64,000 bases of DNA from Macrostomum lignano (GCA_002269645.1 NIVC01000716.1:18374-82373), one strand, 5' to 3'; positions 25,767 through 38,850 are shown, counted from the first letter of the stretch. Numbers and translations are program-made. The notes: generated by a model from the sequence alone, not told the origin.

Positions 25767-26126
25767 AGCGGCGATGAACCCGTCTGAACTCGAAGCTTTA
25801 GCCCGTCGGCTCTTTAGTTACTAAACATAATTTTAATAGATAGCTATGAACATATGATAGACCGGTAGCTAAGACCTCCTTGACTGAGAAATACAAGTTT
25901 CCTTCCGTCTTCATTATTAGTTATTATCATCAGCCGCCATAACTGTTCAATTCCTTTATTGAACCCAATGTTTGAATTTGTTTCCTATCTTTAAGCGATG
26001 ATTTATAAAGTTATAGGTTTTTTGTTTAAATTTTGGCTTTAAAATGAGCCACTCTAGTACTACATATACTACTATGCTGAATGAGTAGCATCCGTCGCTT
26101 TATCGAGGCGGATAATATTGCTTGGA

Positions 26127-26143
26127 AATAAATATTAAATAAA
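26127..26143 (+). terminator. Putative poly(A) signals (two AATAAA) of ATP5F1B
   Basis: AATAAA at 26127 and 26138, about 360 nt after the stop, followed by a T-rich tract near 26200. Confidence 0.5.
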
Positions 26144-26231
26144 ACCTGATAGCTCGAGGTTGCGCTTGTGACGGCTGCCAAGTCTTGGGCTCCAGTTGAT
26201 TTATTTTAATTTTTTGCATGAATCGCTTAAT

Positions 26232-26442
26232 CATTAGGCCACTCTTAGAATTGCATTAGAGCGATAGGACTTTATCATTAGGTCACTCTGAGTCGCACAT
26301 TAGAGCAGTAGGACTTCATCATTAGGTCACTCTGAGTCGCACATTAGAGCAGTAGGACTTCATCATTAGGTCACTCTGAGTCGCACATTAGAGCAGTAGG
26401 ACTTCATCATTAGGTCACTGAGTCGCACATTAGAGCAGTAGG
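26232..26442. repeat. 44-bp tandem repeat between the two ATP synthase genes
   Basis: About 4.5 copies of TTAGAGCAGTAGGACTTCATCATTAGGTCACTCTGAGTCGCACA. Confidence 0.9.
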
Positions 26443-26489
26443 TCGCATTCCAAGCGCAATCGCCCACTCCATCGGCTCTCTCTGATGCG

Positions 26490-26819
26490 ATGAGCGCCCT
26501 GGTGAAGTCCGTGGCCTCGGCCACCCAGTCTGGCATCCGCAGCGCCGGCCCCAAGCTGTCGAAGTTTTGGCGATACGCCCGCGTCGAGCTGAAGCCGCCG
26601 ACGCCCGCCGAGGTGCCGCAGATCTCGGCCGAGTTCGGCAAGTTGATGCAGGCTGCCAGGCGGCAGAACTGGCGCGAGCTGACGGTCGCCCAGTGCCTGG
26701 TGAGCACCGGAGTGGCGGTGGAGGTCGCCTGCTGGTTTTTCTTTGGCGAGATCATCGGCCGCCGGTCCATCATTGGCTACAGCCGCGTACCGCACGGCTT
26801 CCACGTGCACTCGCTGTGA
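26490..26819 (+). CDS. ATP5MG: Mitochondrial ATP synthase Fo subunit g, intronless, 109 aa
   Basis: PKLSKFWRYARVELKPPTPAEVP ... LTVAQCLVSTGVAVEVACWFFFGEIIGRRSIIGY matches the subunit g signature (FWxYAKVELxPP; EVxxWFxxGExIGR). Confidence 0.93.
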   Translation: MSALVKSVASATQSGIRSAGPKLSKFWRYARVELKPPTPAEVPQISAEFGKLMQAARRQNWRELTVAQCLVSTGVAVEVACWFFFGEIIGRRSIIGYSRVPHGFHVHSL

Positions 26820-27909
26820 GCCGCGGCTCTCGGACAGAACACTGACTCGAATAGTTTATAAACTTTACTACTGTGGATTTAGGTCGGTCCTGATTGCTCC
26901 ATCTGCATTGATAGCACATCTGTGTAGTTTTAGAGAAATGTCCCTCGCAAACAAGTTTTAGAACTACTATATTTATCTCTGCTGTGTGTGGATCAGCCCT
27001 ACTGCACATCAACTTCAGATAATCCTAGCCTTAAACTTCGTAGTCCTGCTGACCATCTGAATAATTTCGCTTGCTGTCAGTTTTGCGGCTTGCTGTCAAG
27101 CGCTACTGTACTGACTATCTATAGCTTCTCTCCAAATACACATCTGTTAAATAATCTAGACAAAGGGACACTCAAAATCAATTGAATTGTTAGAAATTAA
27201 TTGGACAGTATGTTCTCCTGGAAATGATACTAATTTGCTCCGTTTGAAGACTTGGGAGAATGCATCTTAAAAACCTTTTATAGTTTGTCCTCAGCTGCAA
27301 CTCGGTTCGTTTGGCTGAAATTTTTTACTAAAATGCCTTAAGTCTTATGCCCCTATACGTGTTCTTGGTGTTGGCTCTTGATGCTCTCGTCGGCATTCGC
27401 TCTGGCGTTGTGCTATGCAGCAAGTTTTCAGCGAGAAGGGCAGCTTGATTGCCTTTTGGAAGCGCTCCCATCGTTGTAGGCCGTTCTGGTCACACCAACT
27501 TCTCCATCTTGACTAGCGTTGGTTCCTCTGTGCGACACAGGAAACTGAGTCTAGGTCCAGTCAGTCTGCTTTGATATATTACCCCCATCGATGCGAAAGG
27601 GTCCAGCACTTAAAATCAGGTTCCTAGTTCTCAGGTACACAATGATCCTGCCTCGTCGGCCTGTAACTTGCCGCCTAATAGGACTGATGAAGAGTGAAGA
27701 CAAAACAAAAACTGTCCAAAAAGGTCAATTGACTCGGTCTATCGTGATGCTAGTTTATTCAACCAGATGTGAGGGCTGAAGTGAACAAATCAAGTACTCT
27801 GAGCGCTATACTATCTGCATCTGGATAGCTGTTACAATTGGTCTTGCAAATGAACTGCTAATTCCCGAAGCACACGTTGCATGTGTCAGAACAGAAAGCT
27901 TGGTTCGTA

Positions 27910-29886
27910 TTATCCAAGAATATAAGCCACAGCTATGATTGCTTTTGGCTGCCGATTCGACTGTTTGGCCTTGGACTCGAACAGCGCATTCATGCAGAAC
28001 TGCACCCACAGGTAGCTCTGCTGTTGTTGCTGTTTCTGCGGCATCCAGCCCACCGGCAGGGTAAGAGTCTGGCCCAGCTTCATCACTAAAATTAAAAACG
28101 AAAAGTCCAATAACTGAGTCTCGTAGGTACACAACAAAACAGGCTTGACTAAAAAACAATTCGTTGGGAAAGTTGACTGCGCATGAATTACCGTCTTGAT
28201 GCGCGGATCGCACCGCTTCCAGGTGCTGCGGAAAGATGTACTGATACAGTGAGGACGGCACGCTGACGTTCATGTCCTGATTTGACCGTTTGCTGCAGGT
28301 GGTGTGTGGTACATTAAATCGCACTTCAAAAGCTTTAAAGAAACATGATACAAGCTGGATCAAGCCTTCCTAACCTACCTGGTATCTCCTAGAACGATGC
28401 AGAAGTTTTCGTCCAGCCGTAGCACGCAGCTGTTCGCTGGCAGGTAGAGCTCGCTCAGAGCCAGCGAAGGTAACGCGGTTGCCAGGGCAACAAGGCCAAG
28501 CGGCTGTCCGCTACCAGCATCCACGCGACGCTGGCAGTGCAGCTGAACTGTCTGGAATCAAATTTTAACGATTGAAGATAGAAACGCAGTACATGGCAGG
28601 TTTATATACTCGTACGCAGGAAGTTCCTCCAACAGCACCGAAGGCTCACCCTGTAGCCGGATATTGGCACCTGGGCGTTGCGCTTGCCAAGATTGGATCG
28701 AAGACGGACGCAGATATTCTCCATGGACAAGGCTACTAAAAATGCAGGAAATTGCTACAATTGGAACTCAGAGCTCAATGAAAGCTTATTTTCCATGCAA
28801 CTAGTTGGTGTCGGGTCATACTGGGTGTTGCATCGTGTTTTTCCCAGAGAACCTGGGCCCACAGCAGTGACTAACCGTGCTCGTCTCGGGCGCGCCCCAT
28901 CAGCTTCTCAGTGTGGTCGATGAGGCCCGCGTGGTCGGCTGTGTGCACGTAGCCCACCAGGTCATTGCCGGTCATGTCCACCTGCGACTGGCCCAGGAAA
29001 ATGGACACGGTCTCGGAGATGTACAAGATGGTCAGATCGGTGCCCAGAATCATGAGAAAGCCGTCCACTGCCTGCAGGATGAGCCCGCCAAGATCGGGCG
29101 CCTCCGGCTGCTTCAGTTTTTTCTCCTCTTCGTCGGGCTTGCGGCACCAGCTGGGCAGGCCCGTGCTTGACAGCTGGCGCAGCTTCAAGTAGCTGACCGC
29201 CAACCGGATGACGGAGGCCTTGTCCAGCTGGCGGGCGATCTCCGGGTGCAGAGGCAGCAGCCGGGCCACGGCCAGGAATTCTAAGTTCTCCCGGCCGCGT
29301 CTGTGCCGGGCCGCGTCCCGCGACTTCTCACGTTTCGCGTCGACTGGAGCGCTGGAGCGTGTTTTGGTAGTGGTAAGGGACCTGCGCCTTGTACTGTACC
29401 AAGGACGGCCTACATTTAACAAGTACAAACTGTCAGTAACAGAAACCTCCATGCTTCTCAAACTAAATGCTCCTGGGTTGTTGATTCTACCTGAATCGTT
29501 GTTTACCAATGTCCCTTTCGCACGAGTTTGAATTGGGTTTCGGTTACGGGTAACAAGCGGAATTTGACAGCTGCCCAAATCGTCTATTAGCTACTGTATT
29601 GAATAATCAAAATTTCTCTTAAAGAATCTCACCAAGTACCGTCCCCAGGAAAACAGTCAAACTCCTGGGCCGCACAGCCTGACTGGCCAAATGAAAACTG
29701 TTGCTGCTGCGCCGGTTGCTGCTGCTGCTGATGCAGCGGCAGAGTCCAGCCGCTCTGCTGGTAAAGGTATTCTCCACTAGGGGAGTTCACAGCAGCTGCC
29801 GCAGCCGCTGCTGCTGCAGTCACGGCGGCAGCCGCTGACGGGAAGGAGAAATCCATGCCAGCTTCAGACCTCCTTTTCTGCAACAT
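27910..29886 (-). CDS. trh/NPAS3-like: Trachealess/NPAS1-3-like bHLH-PAS transcription factor, about 431 aa
   Basis: Exons 29886-29633, 29381-28876, 28735-28650, 28551-28379, 28292-28192, 28085-27910, phases consistent. bHLH KREKSRDAARHRRGRENLEF...LDKASVIRLAVSYL; PAS-A LYISETVSIFLGQSQVDMTG; PAS-B SLYQYIFPQHLEAVRSAH; PAC YLWVQ...IIAVAYIL. The start may instead be the second ATG at 29856. Confidence 0.88.
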
Positions 29887-31195
29887 TTACTTCTGCTGAT
29901 TCTGAAGCTGCCGCAGAGCAGCGCTTTTGAATCCTCGCAGCCCGTGAGCCCCCCGCCCCACCTCCGCCTCGTCCCCATCCGGCGGCAAAGCTTTGCTAGC
30001 TTCTACCGGATCAGAAATTTCTAGAAAAGAGCCGGGTAGAGAGAGTCTGCCGGGACCAAAAGCAGAAGATTGAAGTCGCAACACTGTGAGGGTTGCGAAA
30101 TCCCGCGAGAGGGGTCGCCTCCTCCGCGGCCCCTCCTCAGCCCGCGCTGCCTGGGCGCGTAACAATTGAATTGTAAATGAGATTCGCTGCGACACTGAGA
30201 AGACTCGAATGGCGCTCAGCCCAACCCCCCGCTGCGTGCGGCAGCTGCTGGAGACGCCTCTTCGGAATGCCTAATGAGCGGCCTGTTGGCGGGAGACCCC
30301 AGCGGGCCGCCGAGCTGATCACTGTCACTCTGCCCCTGTTTCTAATCCAATTAATTAGTTTTTAACACCGCGCCAGCCAGTCAGGTGGCCCGCGGCCGAT
30401 CGCAGCCCCGCATCGATCGCGGTGTCGCTCCAGTGCGAGTAGAGACCGGCTCCAGCCTCTGATGCCAGATTTGGCCGGGAATATTCGGAGAGCTCGATGT
30501 CGCATCTCGGGCTGAGGGGGGGGGGCAGAGTCGCGCCGAGCTAATTAATTCCCAGCCGCCGCCAACGAAAAACTCCTCGAAATTTTTTCACAGCTTCTTT
30601 CGGCCGAGATTCCCAGCGGAATTCCGACGAACCATGAAACTGGGAAGTGGGAAAATTTTAAGCTGCCGTGACTCACTGCATTGAGTGCGTAGGGATTGGG
30701 GTGTCGGAGAAGCGAGGTCCCTGCCAGCACTCGATACCAGAGCCTGCTACTTGTGCTCAGTGTCGCATTTGATTGATTGGAATGAACAACATTTATTTGC
30801 TGACCTGAGGCGGTTATGTTTTGTTAAAATCGATTTTAAGCACCCCTGCCCTTCCATTCCATCATAGTCTTAGTTCTGTGCCTGAACTAAAATTACGAAA
30901 TGAAGATGACTGTATAGAAACTATTGACTATTTCCAACACTGGGCTAATAGTAGTATCTTGCAGGTGTTGTTTAAACTGAGCTTGCAATTCATTGTATAT
31001 CGCGATCCGTACTCGATCGCAGATCTACTGACTTAACAACTGTAGCGGCAAATTCTGAAAGTAGAGTACACTGAGAACTGCATATTACCACGCCCTGATG
31101 TCAATTTCAACAGCCCACTCAAGACACTGGCGACAAGACAAGACAATGGCTTCCAATCTAACACAGGATGCCCCCGCAACCTCAAGACTCTGGCG

Positions 31196-32798
31196 CCCTC
31201 ACCCTAGACACTGCCCCCCCCCCACCCAAGAAACTAGTGCGCCCACGATCCCTAGACACTGCCCCCCACCCAAGAAACTAGTGCCCCCACGATCCCTAGA
31301 CACTGCCCCCCCCACCCAAGAAACTAGTGCCCCCACGATCCCTAGACACTGCCCCCCCCACCCAAGAAACTAGTGCCCCCACGATCCCTAGACACTGCCC
31401 CCCCCCACCCAAGAAACTAGTGCCCCCACGATCCCTAGACACTGCCCCCCCCACCCAAGAAACTAGTGCCCCCACGATCCCTAGACACTGCCCCCCCCCA
31501 CCCAAGAAACTAGTGCCCCCACGATCCCTAGACACTGCCCCCCTCCCAAGAAACTAGTGCCCCCACGATCCCTAGACACTGCCCCCCCCCACCCAAGAAA
31601 CTAGTGCCCCCACGATCCCTAGACACTGCCCCCCCACCCAAGAAACTAGTGCCCCACGATCCCTAGACACTGCCCCCTCCCAAGAAACTAGTGCCCCACG
31701 ATCCCTAGACACTGCCCCCCACCCAAGAAACTAGTGCCCCTACGATCCCTAGACACTGCCCCCCACCCAAGAAACAACTGCCCCCACGATCCCTAGACAC
31801 TGCCCCCCCCACCCAAGAAACTAGTGCCCCCACGATCCCTAGACACTGCCCCCCCACCCAAGAAACTAGTGCCCCCACGATCCCTAGACACTGCCCCCCC
31901 CACCCAAGAAACTAGTGCCCCCACGATCTCTAGACACTGCCCCCCCCCCCCCAAGAAACTAGTGCCCCCACGATCCCTAAACACTGCCCCCCCCCAAGAA
32001 ACTAGTGCCCCCACGATCCCTAGACACTGCCCCCTCCCAAGAAACTAGTGCCCCCACGATCCCTAGACACTGCCCCCCCCCACCCAAGAAACTAGTGCCC
32101 CTACGATCCCTAGACACTGCCCCCCACCCAAGAAACAACTGCCCCCACGATCCCTAGACACTGCCCCCCACCCAAGAAACTAGTGCCCCCACGATCCCTA
32201 GACACTGCCCCCCCCACCCAAGAAACTAGTGCCCCCACGATCCCTAGACACTGCCCCCCCACCCAAGAAACTAGTGCCCCCACGATCTCTAGACACTGCC
32301 CCCCCCACCCAAGAAACTAGTGCCCCCACGATCCCTAGACACTGCCCCCCCCCCACCCAAGAAACTAGTGCCCCCACGATCCCTAGACACTGCCCCCCAC
32401 CCAAGAAACTAGTGCCCCCACGATCTCTAGACACTGCCCCCCCACCCAAGAAACTAGTGCCCCCACGATCCCTAGACACTGCCCCCCCCCCACCCAAGAA
32501 ACTAGTGCCCCCACGATCCCTAGACACTGCCCCCCCCAAGAAACTAGTGCCCCCACGATCCCTAGACACTGCCCCCCACCCAAGAAACTAGTGCCCCCAC
32601 GATCCCTAGACACTGCCCCCCACCCAAGAAACTAGTGCCCCTACGATCCCTAGACACTGCCCCCCACCCAAGAAACTAGTGCCCCCACGATTCCTAGACA
32701 CTGCCCCCCCCAAGAAACTAGTGCCCCTACGATCCCTAGACACTGCCCCCCACCCAAGAAACTAGTGCCCCCACGATCCCAAGACACTGCCCCCCCCC
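31196..32798. repeat. About 44-46-bp C-rich minisatellite (CCCACGATCCCTAGACACTG[C6-10]ACCCAAGAAACTAGTGCC)n
   Basis: About 36 copies with variable C-run; the minus strand has several G-runs per unit (G-quadruplex-prone). Confidence 0.95.
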
Positions 32799-34370
32799 AA
32801 GCCGCTGGCGCCCCCACTCCAGTGCATGTCTAGACAAAGTTTATCTGTTTTCCTCCCCTCCCCATCAGCGGCCGCAGCGGCCTGCCTTGTCGCGAGGCTT
32901 CTGGCGTGGCAAGGAACCGAAAATCCGCAACTCGCCCCTCCAGCCGCCCTAAAATTGGCATCAGCATTGGGAAGCCTCGGGGAGCAGCGGGATAATAATC
33001 CCATAGTGGACAGTAAGGCATCAGGAGGGCTCGTGAGAACTGAAATTGGAAGTGGAATCCTGCCAGTTGACATTATCCCGGCCTGATTGCATTATATGCA
33101 CCGGGCGCGCAGAGACCGCAGCCGGCACTGAAGGTCATTTGCAAACCTTCCCCACACCGGGCCTTTCCCGCCGATGCGAATTTCTTTCAGCCACGCGAGA
33201 CCTCCGCGAGTCACAAAGGCTGTGGGGGTTGGGTGGCTCCACGGGCTGCTTATAGGCCTGAGCTGAGCAGTCTCTGAGGCAGAAGAAAGAAGAGAAGCAG
33301 CTGAGACAGAAGAGAGCGGTAAACAGGGGGAGAAACGGGAGGCCATTGGACTGCCTCAGCTGGGCAAACAGAGCGAAAAAACAAAGCAAACGCAACAGAG
33401 CGGAGGAGGCTGGAGGGACAGACCCGGGCTGTTCAGCTTGCTGACGAGGTTCCTTCATCACTCGACAGACAGGTGAGTGAGCATTGATACTCTTGCATCT
33501 CTTCGCCTGCGTCTGGGTTACTGCGTTGCCTCAGCGAGACTGCGATATAGCAAATTGAAGGTATCGCAAAGGAAGAAAAACTTGCTTAAAGATACAAAAG
33601 AGAGACAGAGTTCATCTTAAGTGGGATGCTGCTGAGAATGAGGTGGCTTAGTGTACTGTCCCATGACCTTTTAGCCCTGCGGGTATATAATGGCGCCCTT
33701 TAATTCCAAGCTCTCGTTACGGCCCGCTAATTAACATTATCCACCTGCTATTTGCGGGGCAGATAATGAGGTTTCGGCCATAGACATGTCTTTGTCCCGT
33801 TTTTGCCTTACTCGTGTGAAATATTTCTTTGGGCGGTATTTCTACAGTGTATTGGACTTCTCTCCCTCTGAGAGGAGAGACAGCTGATAGATTCAACAAA
33901 AGTTCAACAACAATGGATTGGGACAAAAAAGTCTATGGCACAAACGTTAACACCCATGCTTTGCGGGTGTTGATGAAAAATCCTCCGGCGCCGTATTAAT
34001 GGTATATTGTAACATGACATTTTAGCCCGGCGGGCACTTAATGTAACGACGCGATATATACAGATTTTTTCGGCAGCAATTTCGTAAGCTGAAGCCGCGT
34101 AGCGGCTAGAGCTTAGTAAAACAATTGCTGCCGTGAAAGAATCCGTCTATGTCGTTATTGTACCCTTTTGCATGAAATTTATTGTTGCCGGATTTCTAGT
34201 CAATTCTGCTGTCTATGGCACTTTGAAAGAGCAGTAAAGCTAATAGTCAGTCGTCTATGGTACGAGTAGTTGGAAAGGACAGTGAAGACGACTCGCCTAT
34301 CTGTCATAAATAATTCTCTAGTGGATTTTTCAGCTTTCAATTAAATTACCAATAGAAAAAGGAGCTACAT

Positions 34371-34883
34371 GTGTGTCCGTTTCGCTACAAAAACCCTGGC
34401 GGAGAAAATGTGGACTCTCCACGGACGAGTTGGCTTTTGTCAATCGAGAGTCGAGCAGTCGCTTTTCTGGAGAATAACAACTTGGATGCGTCGTTTATTA
34501 CCGAAGTGCTGCCTGAGCTGACTAGCGAAGATCTACAAATGCTGCACCGGATTGAGAATGAATCTGCGCCGAAATCGACCGAGACTCAACAAAAACTTTA
34601 CGTGGCAAGGTTCCGTCAGTTCCTCAACGAGAAGGGGGTCACCAGGAGTCTAAAGCGCGTGCCGGGTCGATTCCTGAACGATAGTCTAAGGCTTTTCTAT
34701 TCGTCTCTTTAAAAGCAGGATGGAGCACACTACGCGCCGAAGTCTTTTATCTGTTTTCGTGCGGCAATTCAACGGCACCTGCACTGGAACCCGTCCGTCA
34801 ATCGCCAGGTGAACAGATTACTGGAGAATCATTCGAGTGTTGAAACGGAGTTCTTGTCGAACTTATATGTGACAGAAAAATAA
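34371..34883 (+). pseudogene. Second Crypton-like tyrosine recombinase remnant
   Basis: APKSTETQQKLYVARFRQFLNEKG...FLNDSLRLFYSSL*KQDGAHYAPKSFICFRAAIQRHL in one frame with an internal TAA at 34710. Fits the Crypton L..FY..lrKxDG..Y...S....RAAIQRHL pattern as recalled. Confidence 0.72.
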
Positions 34884-35604
34884 TACTACTCCTCTTGTTG
34901 TTTTTGTTGTGCGTCATTGTCAGGTTTCGATTCTTTTCTATGGCCAAATGCATCAGTTAATTTTCTGTTAATTGAATTGTTGCCGAGAGGATCACTGCCG
35001 AAAACCATAGACAAAAGGGTACAATCAATCCCTTTAATACCATAGACTACATTTAAGCCCACATAAATAGAAAAAAATGTACAAGTCAAAACTTTCATTA
35101 AATGCCCGCTAATTTGCGGGCAGTTTAACAACAGTTTCACATATAATTGGGGACAGCTTCGTTCTCATCTGTTCAAAGTGTCTATGGTTGCAATGTGCGG
35201 CTTCGCCCCCACACCCCCACTTTCCCCGCTCTTTCATTCTTCCTCTCTCAGCCTTGCCGAGCAAAAATGTCTATGGCGCTATAACAGTAAAACCTCGGGC
35301 ATCCTCCGATTTCGTCCTCTGCCCTTAAAGCATGGGTATTAATCTAAATATACTAAATCTCTAAGGTTTGTATGTTTGTCCATAACGCTCTGGTTAATAT
35401 ACTATTGCTCGTTGAGTATTGCACAGCCGTTGATGGTTGCCAGGTTGTGAGTTATACTCTGAAAAGTGACAGAAAGATTTAATAAATTAGAACAACACAG
35501 GTCAATGTGAATCGATTGCTTGATGTGAAGACGAGGTTTTCCCGCAGGGTTTTTACAGTTGGAATTTCAAGTCAAATCCGGTCTATAGACAATTCTGGAC
35601 AAAA

Positions 35605-35950
35605 TAGAACTAGCCTAGACTAGGCTAGGCTAGGCTAGACTAGACATAAACTAGACTAGATTAAAAACTAGACTAGATTAGAACTAGGCTAGACTAGATT
35701 TCAAATCCGAAAACTTCGGCGGTAAAAACTCTCGCGGGAAAACCTCCAGCGGGGAAACCTCGCTGAGGGAAATCTCGGCGGGAAAAGCTCAACGGGGAAA
35801 TCTCGGCGGGAAAAGCTCGGCGGGGAAATCTCGGCGGGAAAAGCTCGCGCGGGCAGACCTCGGCGGGAAAACTTCATGCGGGAAATTCTCATAGACCAAT
35901 ATTACCACCGAGCGTAACCCCAACCCAGTCTTAACCCTAACCCTTGTTTT
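35605..35950. repeat. Composite repeat: (CTAGA/CTAGG)n + about 14-bp GGCGGGAAA array + AACCCT-like tract; possible non-autonomous Helentron-like element
   Basis: Pentamer tract 35605-35700, about 12 degenerate units 35715-35890, TAACCCCAACCC...TAACCCTAACCC 35915-35945. Element class is inference. Confidence 0.55.
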
Positions 35951-37302
35951 GTTTGAAAAACGCCAAGTCAATGAATTATGGTTTGAAATTAAGCTATATT
36001 TTAGCGGCAGCGCGCTCCTAGGGCCTTGTGTTCCTAAATGAAAAGATTCGAAGCTTAGCAAACAAAGGAGAGTACCGTATCGCGTCGCATAAACCATAGA
36101 CTATTTCCGAAGTAGAAGTCTATACTTTGCAGCAGTCATAGCAATACGCAACAACCCTAACCTTAACCCAACCCCAACCCCAACCCTAAGCACTTTCGCC
36201 ACGCAGATGTTGCCTCAGAACCTGCGTGGCGAGAAAAATCCATTCAAGAACTACTGGACTCACTAGTGGTACTTGAATCTATCTAGAGAATTCCAGTTAG
36301 AAAGCAAATGCCGTTACTATAGGTGAGTTTACAGTAGCTCTGCGAGCTTCATGCTCTCCAGCCTCGTAAACGGGTATGACGCACGAGCGGCCTCGAAAGT
36401 TGCAAAATCTGTAATTTTGTCCTTAGAAATGCCTCCCTTTTGTAGTAAAATTCCAATATTTGCCCACTTTGAGGCTGCGCTGGAGGCCCGGGCTCCAATT
36501 AAGTCGCTGGGCTGAAACTTGACAGCCAGCGCCTCCTTTGTAATCTCCGTCAGCAAACAAAGCCGTGCTGAGTGCCTGTCTGTTGAGTGAGTGCTGGGAA
36601 TAATGGGACAGAATCCCTCTCGAGGATATTGTGCAACTAAAGCAGTCTTCTTGGCAGATGTCACTCTCGGCTGCCAAGCATGCAAGGTGTCAGCTGTAAG
36701 CATTGAAAAATGGCTATGTAGGAAAGGTTGCGGCAGCTTGGAGTAAAATATGCATCATTGCTGCAAAAGGCTGACTCTTTCAGAAAGTATAACTTTTGCT
36801 TCACACCTGCATGTTTGCCGGTCTCCAGTACTGTTTTACAAAGCCAAATTTTGAAACCACCTCGGAGACAACACAAGCTGGCTTCGAAGAATCTTCAGAA
36901 TTGCATAAAATGGAAAATTTTGTGCTATTATCGGAAAAATTATCCTCTATTCTTGCAAAATATGATTCTACAAGTTAAAAGAGTTCTGTCCTCTTGCCAC
37001 ACCAGTGCTTCATGATAGTACTGTGAGTAATATAACAACAAAAGCTTTGATTCAAAAGGTCAAAATACTTTAATCCAGAGAAACAAAAGAACGCAGAACA
37101 AATTGTATTACATAGACAAGTTTTATTATAATTTAAAATATGATCAGAGTCCCTTGCAGGCTAGTCTTGCTAATGGGATGTTAAGTGAGAGACTGGCTTA
37201 AGCAAAACAGGTGGATTGGGCGAGCCGAGCCAGCGATGCAGTGCCGCGTTCGCTTGGGCTTGGCTCGGCCTCATCAGTATAACTTTTTTCCCAGTTGGTC
37301 CG

Positions 37303-37680
37303 GCCATAGACTACAGAAATGTATTTATTCTCCACTTGAGCCCGCAGCCAAAGGCTACAGAAATGTATTTATTCTCCACTTGAGCCCGCAGCCATAGACT
37401 ACAGAAATGTATTTATTCTCCACTTGAGCCCGCAGCCATAGACTACAGAAATGTATTTATTCTTCACGTGAGCCCGCAGCCATAGACTACAGAAATGTAT
37501 TTATTCTCCACGTGAGCGCGCAGCCATAGACTACAGAAATGTATTTATTCTCCACTTTAGCCCGCGGCCATAGGCTACAGAAATGTATTTATTCTCCACT
37601 TGAGCCCGCAGCCATAGACTACAGAAATGTATTTATTCTCCACTTGAGCCCTCGGCCATAGACTACAGGAACATATTTAT
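37303..37680. repeat. 44-bp tandem array starting each unit with CCATAGAC
   Basis: About 8.5 copies of GCCATAGACTACAGAAATGTATTTATTCTCCACTTGAGCCCGCA, ending about 50 nt left of the Harbinger TIR. Confidence 0.93.
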
Positions 37681-38078
37681 TTGGCCTGGCACAATAAAAC
37701 GCCAAATAAATAAATCCATAGGGCGATACCAGGGGGTCTTTCTCCAAACTATTGTAAGTTCTATGGTAAGTGAAGGCGTAAGTCCGAACTTTGCGCTTGG
37801 CGTAAGACGGGTCGTAAAGCTGTTTCTCGAAGCTAACCTAGGGTTCTCGCAACTTACGCAGTTCGCAAGTTATCGCGAAGCGAAAAAATGTTGTCTATGG
37901 CCGAAGTGGGCAACGATCCCAATGTACTGCTTTCTGTATCCGCGATTTTTTAAAACTTGTTAAGAGTTGCTTAGTTTATTTAGTTATTTAGTAAACGAGA
38001 AAGGTTAAAACGGTAGCATTAACATTAAGAAACACTGACATTGAAAGTTTTTGACATCGACGCACATATGTCCAGTGT

Positions 38079-38777
38079 TTACACTTTCTTTGTCTCATGT
38101 GCCAGTCGAGCCCTCTCAATATCCAGTCGCTCACGCTCGATAGCTAACCGGTCTTTCTCTACCTCCAGACGTTCTTTTTCAACCCGCAGTCTCTGTTCTT
38201 CACACTGATAGATCCCCTCCATGTTGTTCATCGCGGCACGCTCAATATTGGCCCTCTTCGGAGATTTCGACAGTCCAATGGCCTGGTTAGACTCTCGTGC
38301 AGGTTGTTCGCTGAGAGCTGAGCCACTTGGCATCGGTGGTGCCGATGGGCCAGACAAGTCATTAAATGGACTCGAGCGCCGATCCGAGGAGTCTGTCTGC
38401 ATTGAATCTAGTCCACCTGACACTCCGACGATACTCTCAGGAGCCATCATTGCAGCTGCGTCCTGTTCGAAGGAAGTAAGATCTGCTGCAGTTGGAGGTC
38501 CACCCCCAGTGGCCTGCTTGTCCTGCCGCTGCGAAGCCATCTTCGATTTGACATCGGACTTCAAATCGGACGACTTTTTTCGGCACTCTTCTCCGGTCCG
38601 CTTGTTGGCACCAATAGCGTTGACGTGAGCTGCGATAGCCTCCCAAACTGCTTTCTTCTTCCTTTGCATCTCGACTTTTTGGTCTTTAGAATTGATAGTA
38701 TCGAGGTACTTGTTTACGTAATTCAACAACTCTTCCTTTTCTCCAGGCGAGAAGTTGGGTTGGCGCTTGGTCGCCAT
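38079..38777 (-). CDS. Harbinger-type Myb/SANT-like DNA-binding protein (Myb_DNA-bind_5 / MSANTD-like), 232 aa
   Basis: KRQPNFSPGEKEELL...KKKAVWEAIA..VNA...RTGEECRKKSSDLKSDVK...ATGGGPP, with C-terminal coiled coil (EEQRLRVEKERLEVEK). The usually conserved Trp in KKWxDLK reads Ser. Confidence 0.85.
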   Translation of the reverse strand: MATKRQPNFSPGEKEELLNYVNKYLDTINSKDQKVEMQRKKKAVWEAIAAHVNAIGANKRTGEECRKKSSDLKSDVKSKMASQRQDKQATGGGPPTAADLTSFEQDAAAMMAPESIVGVSGGLDSMQTDSSDRRSSPFNDLSGPSAPPMPSGSALSEQPARESNQAIGLSKSPKRANIERAAMNNMEGIYQCEEQRLRVEKERLEVEKDRLAIERERLDIERARLAHETKKV

Positions 38778-38850
38778 GATCTTTGCTGTCACTTGCAGTA
38801 TTAAAGATATCGTACCCGGAGATCTCTCCGATAAGTGCTTCTTACGACTA

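Noticed and set aside
28478-28491. Perfect RFX X-box GTTGCCAGGGCAAC
   Set aside because: It lies inside a conserved coding exon (LVALATA) and is probably a by-product of codon choice.
33135-33461. 108-aa minus-strand ORF with a signal-peptide-like hydrophobic stretch
   Set aside because: The hydrophobicity comes from a purine-rich tract read backwards; no family motif. More likely regulatory or UTR DNA.
35915-36190. CCCTAA-like tracts as an interstitial telomere
   Set aside because: Short and degenerate; better explained as internal motifs of a repeat element.
36329-37016. Minus-strand ORF fragments with a possible intron
   Set aside because: Frames do not join and no domain was recognised; probably decayed transposon coding DNA.
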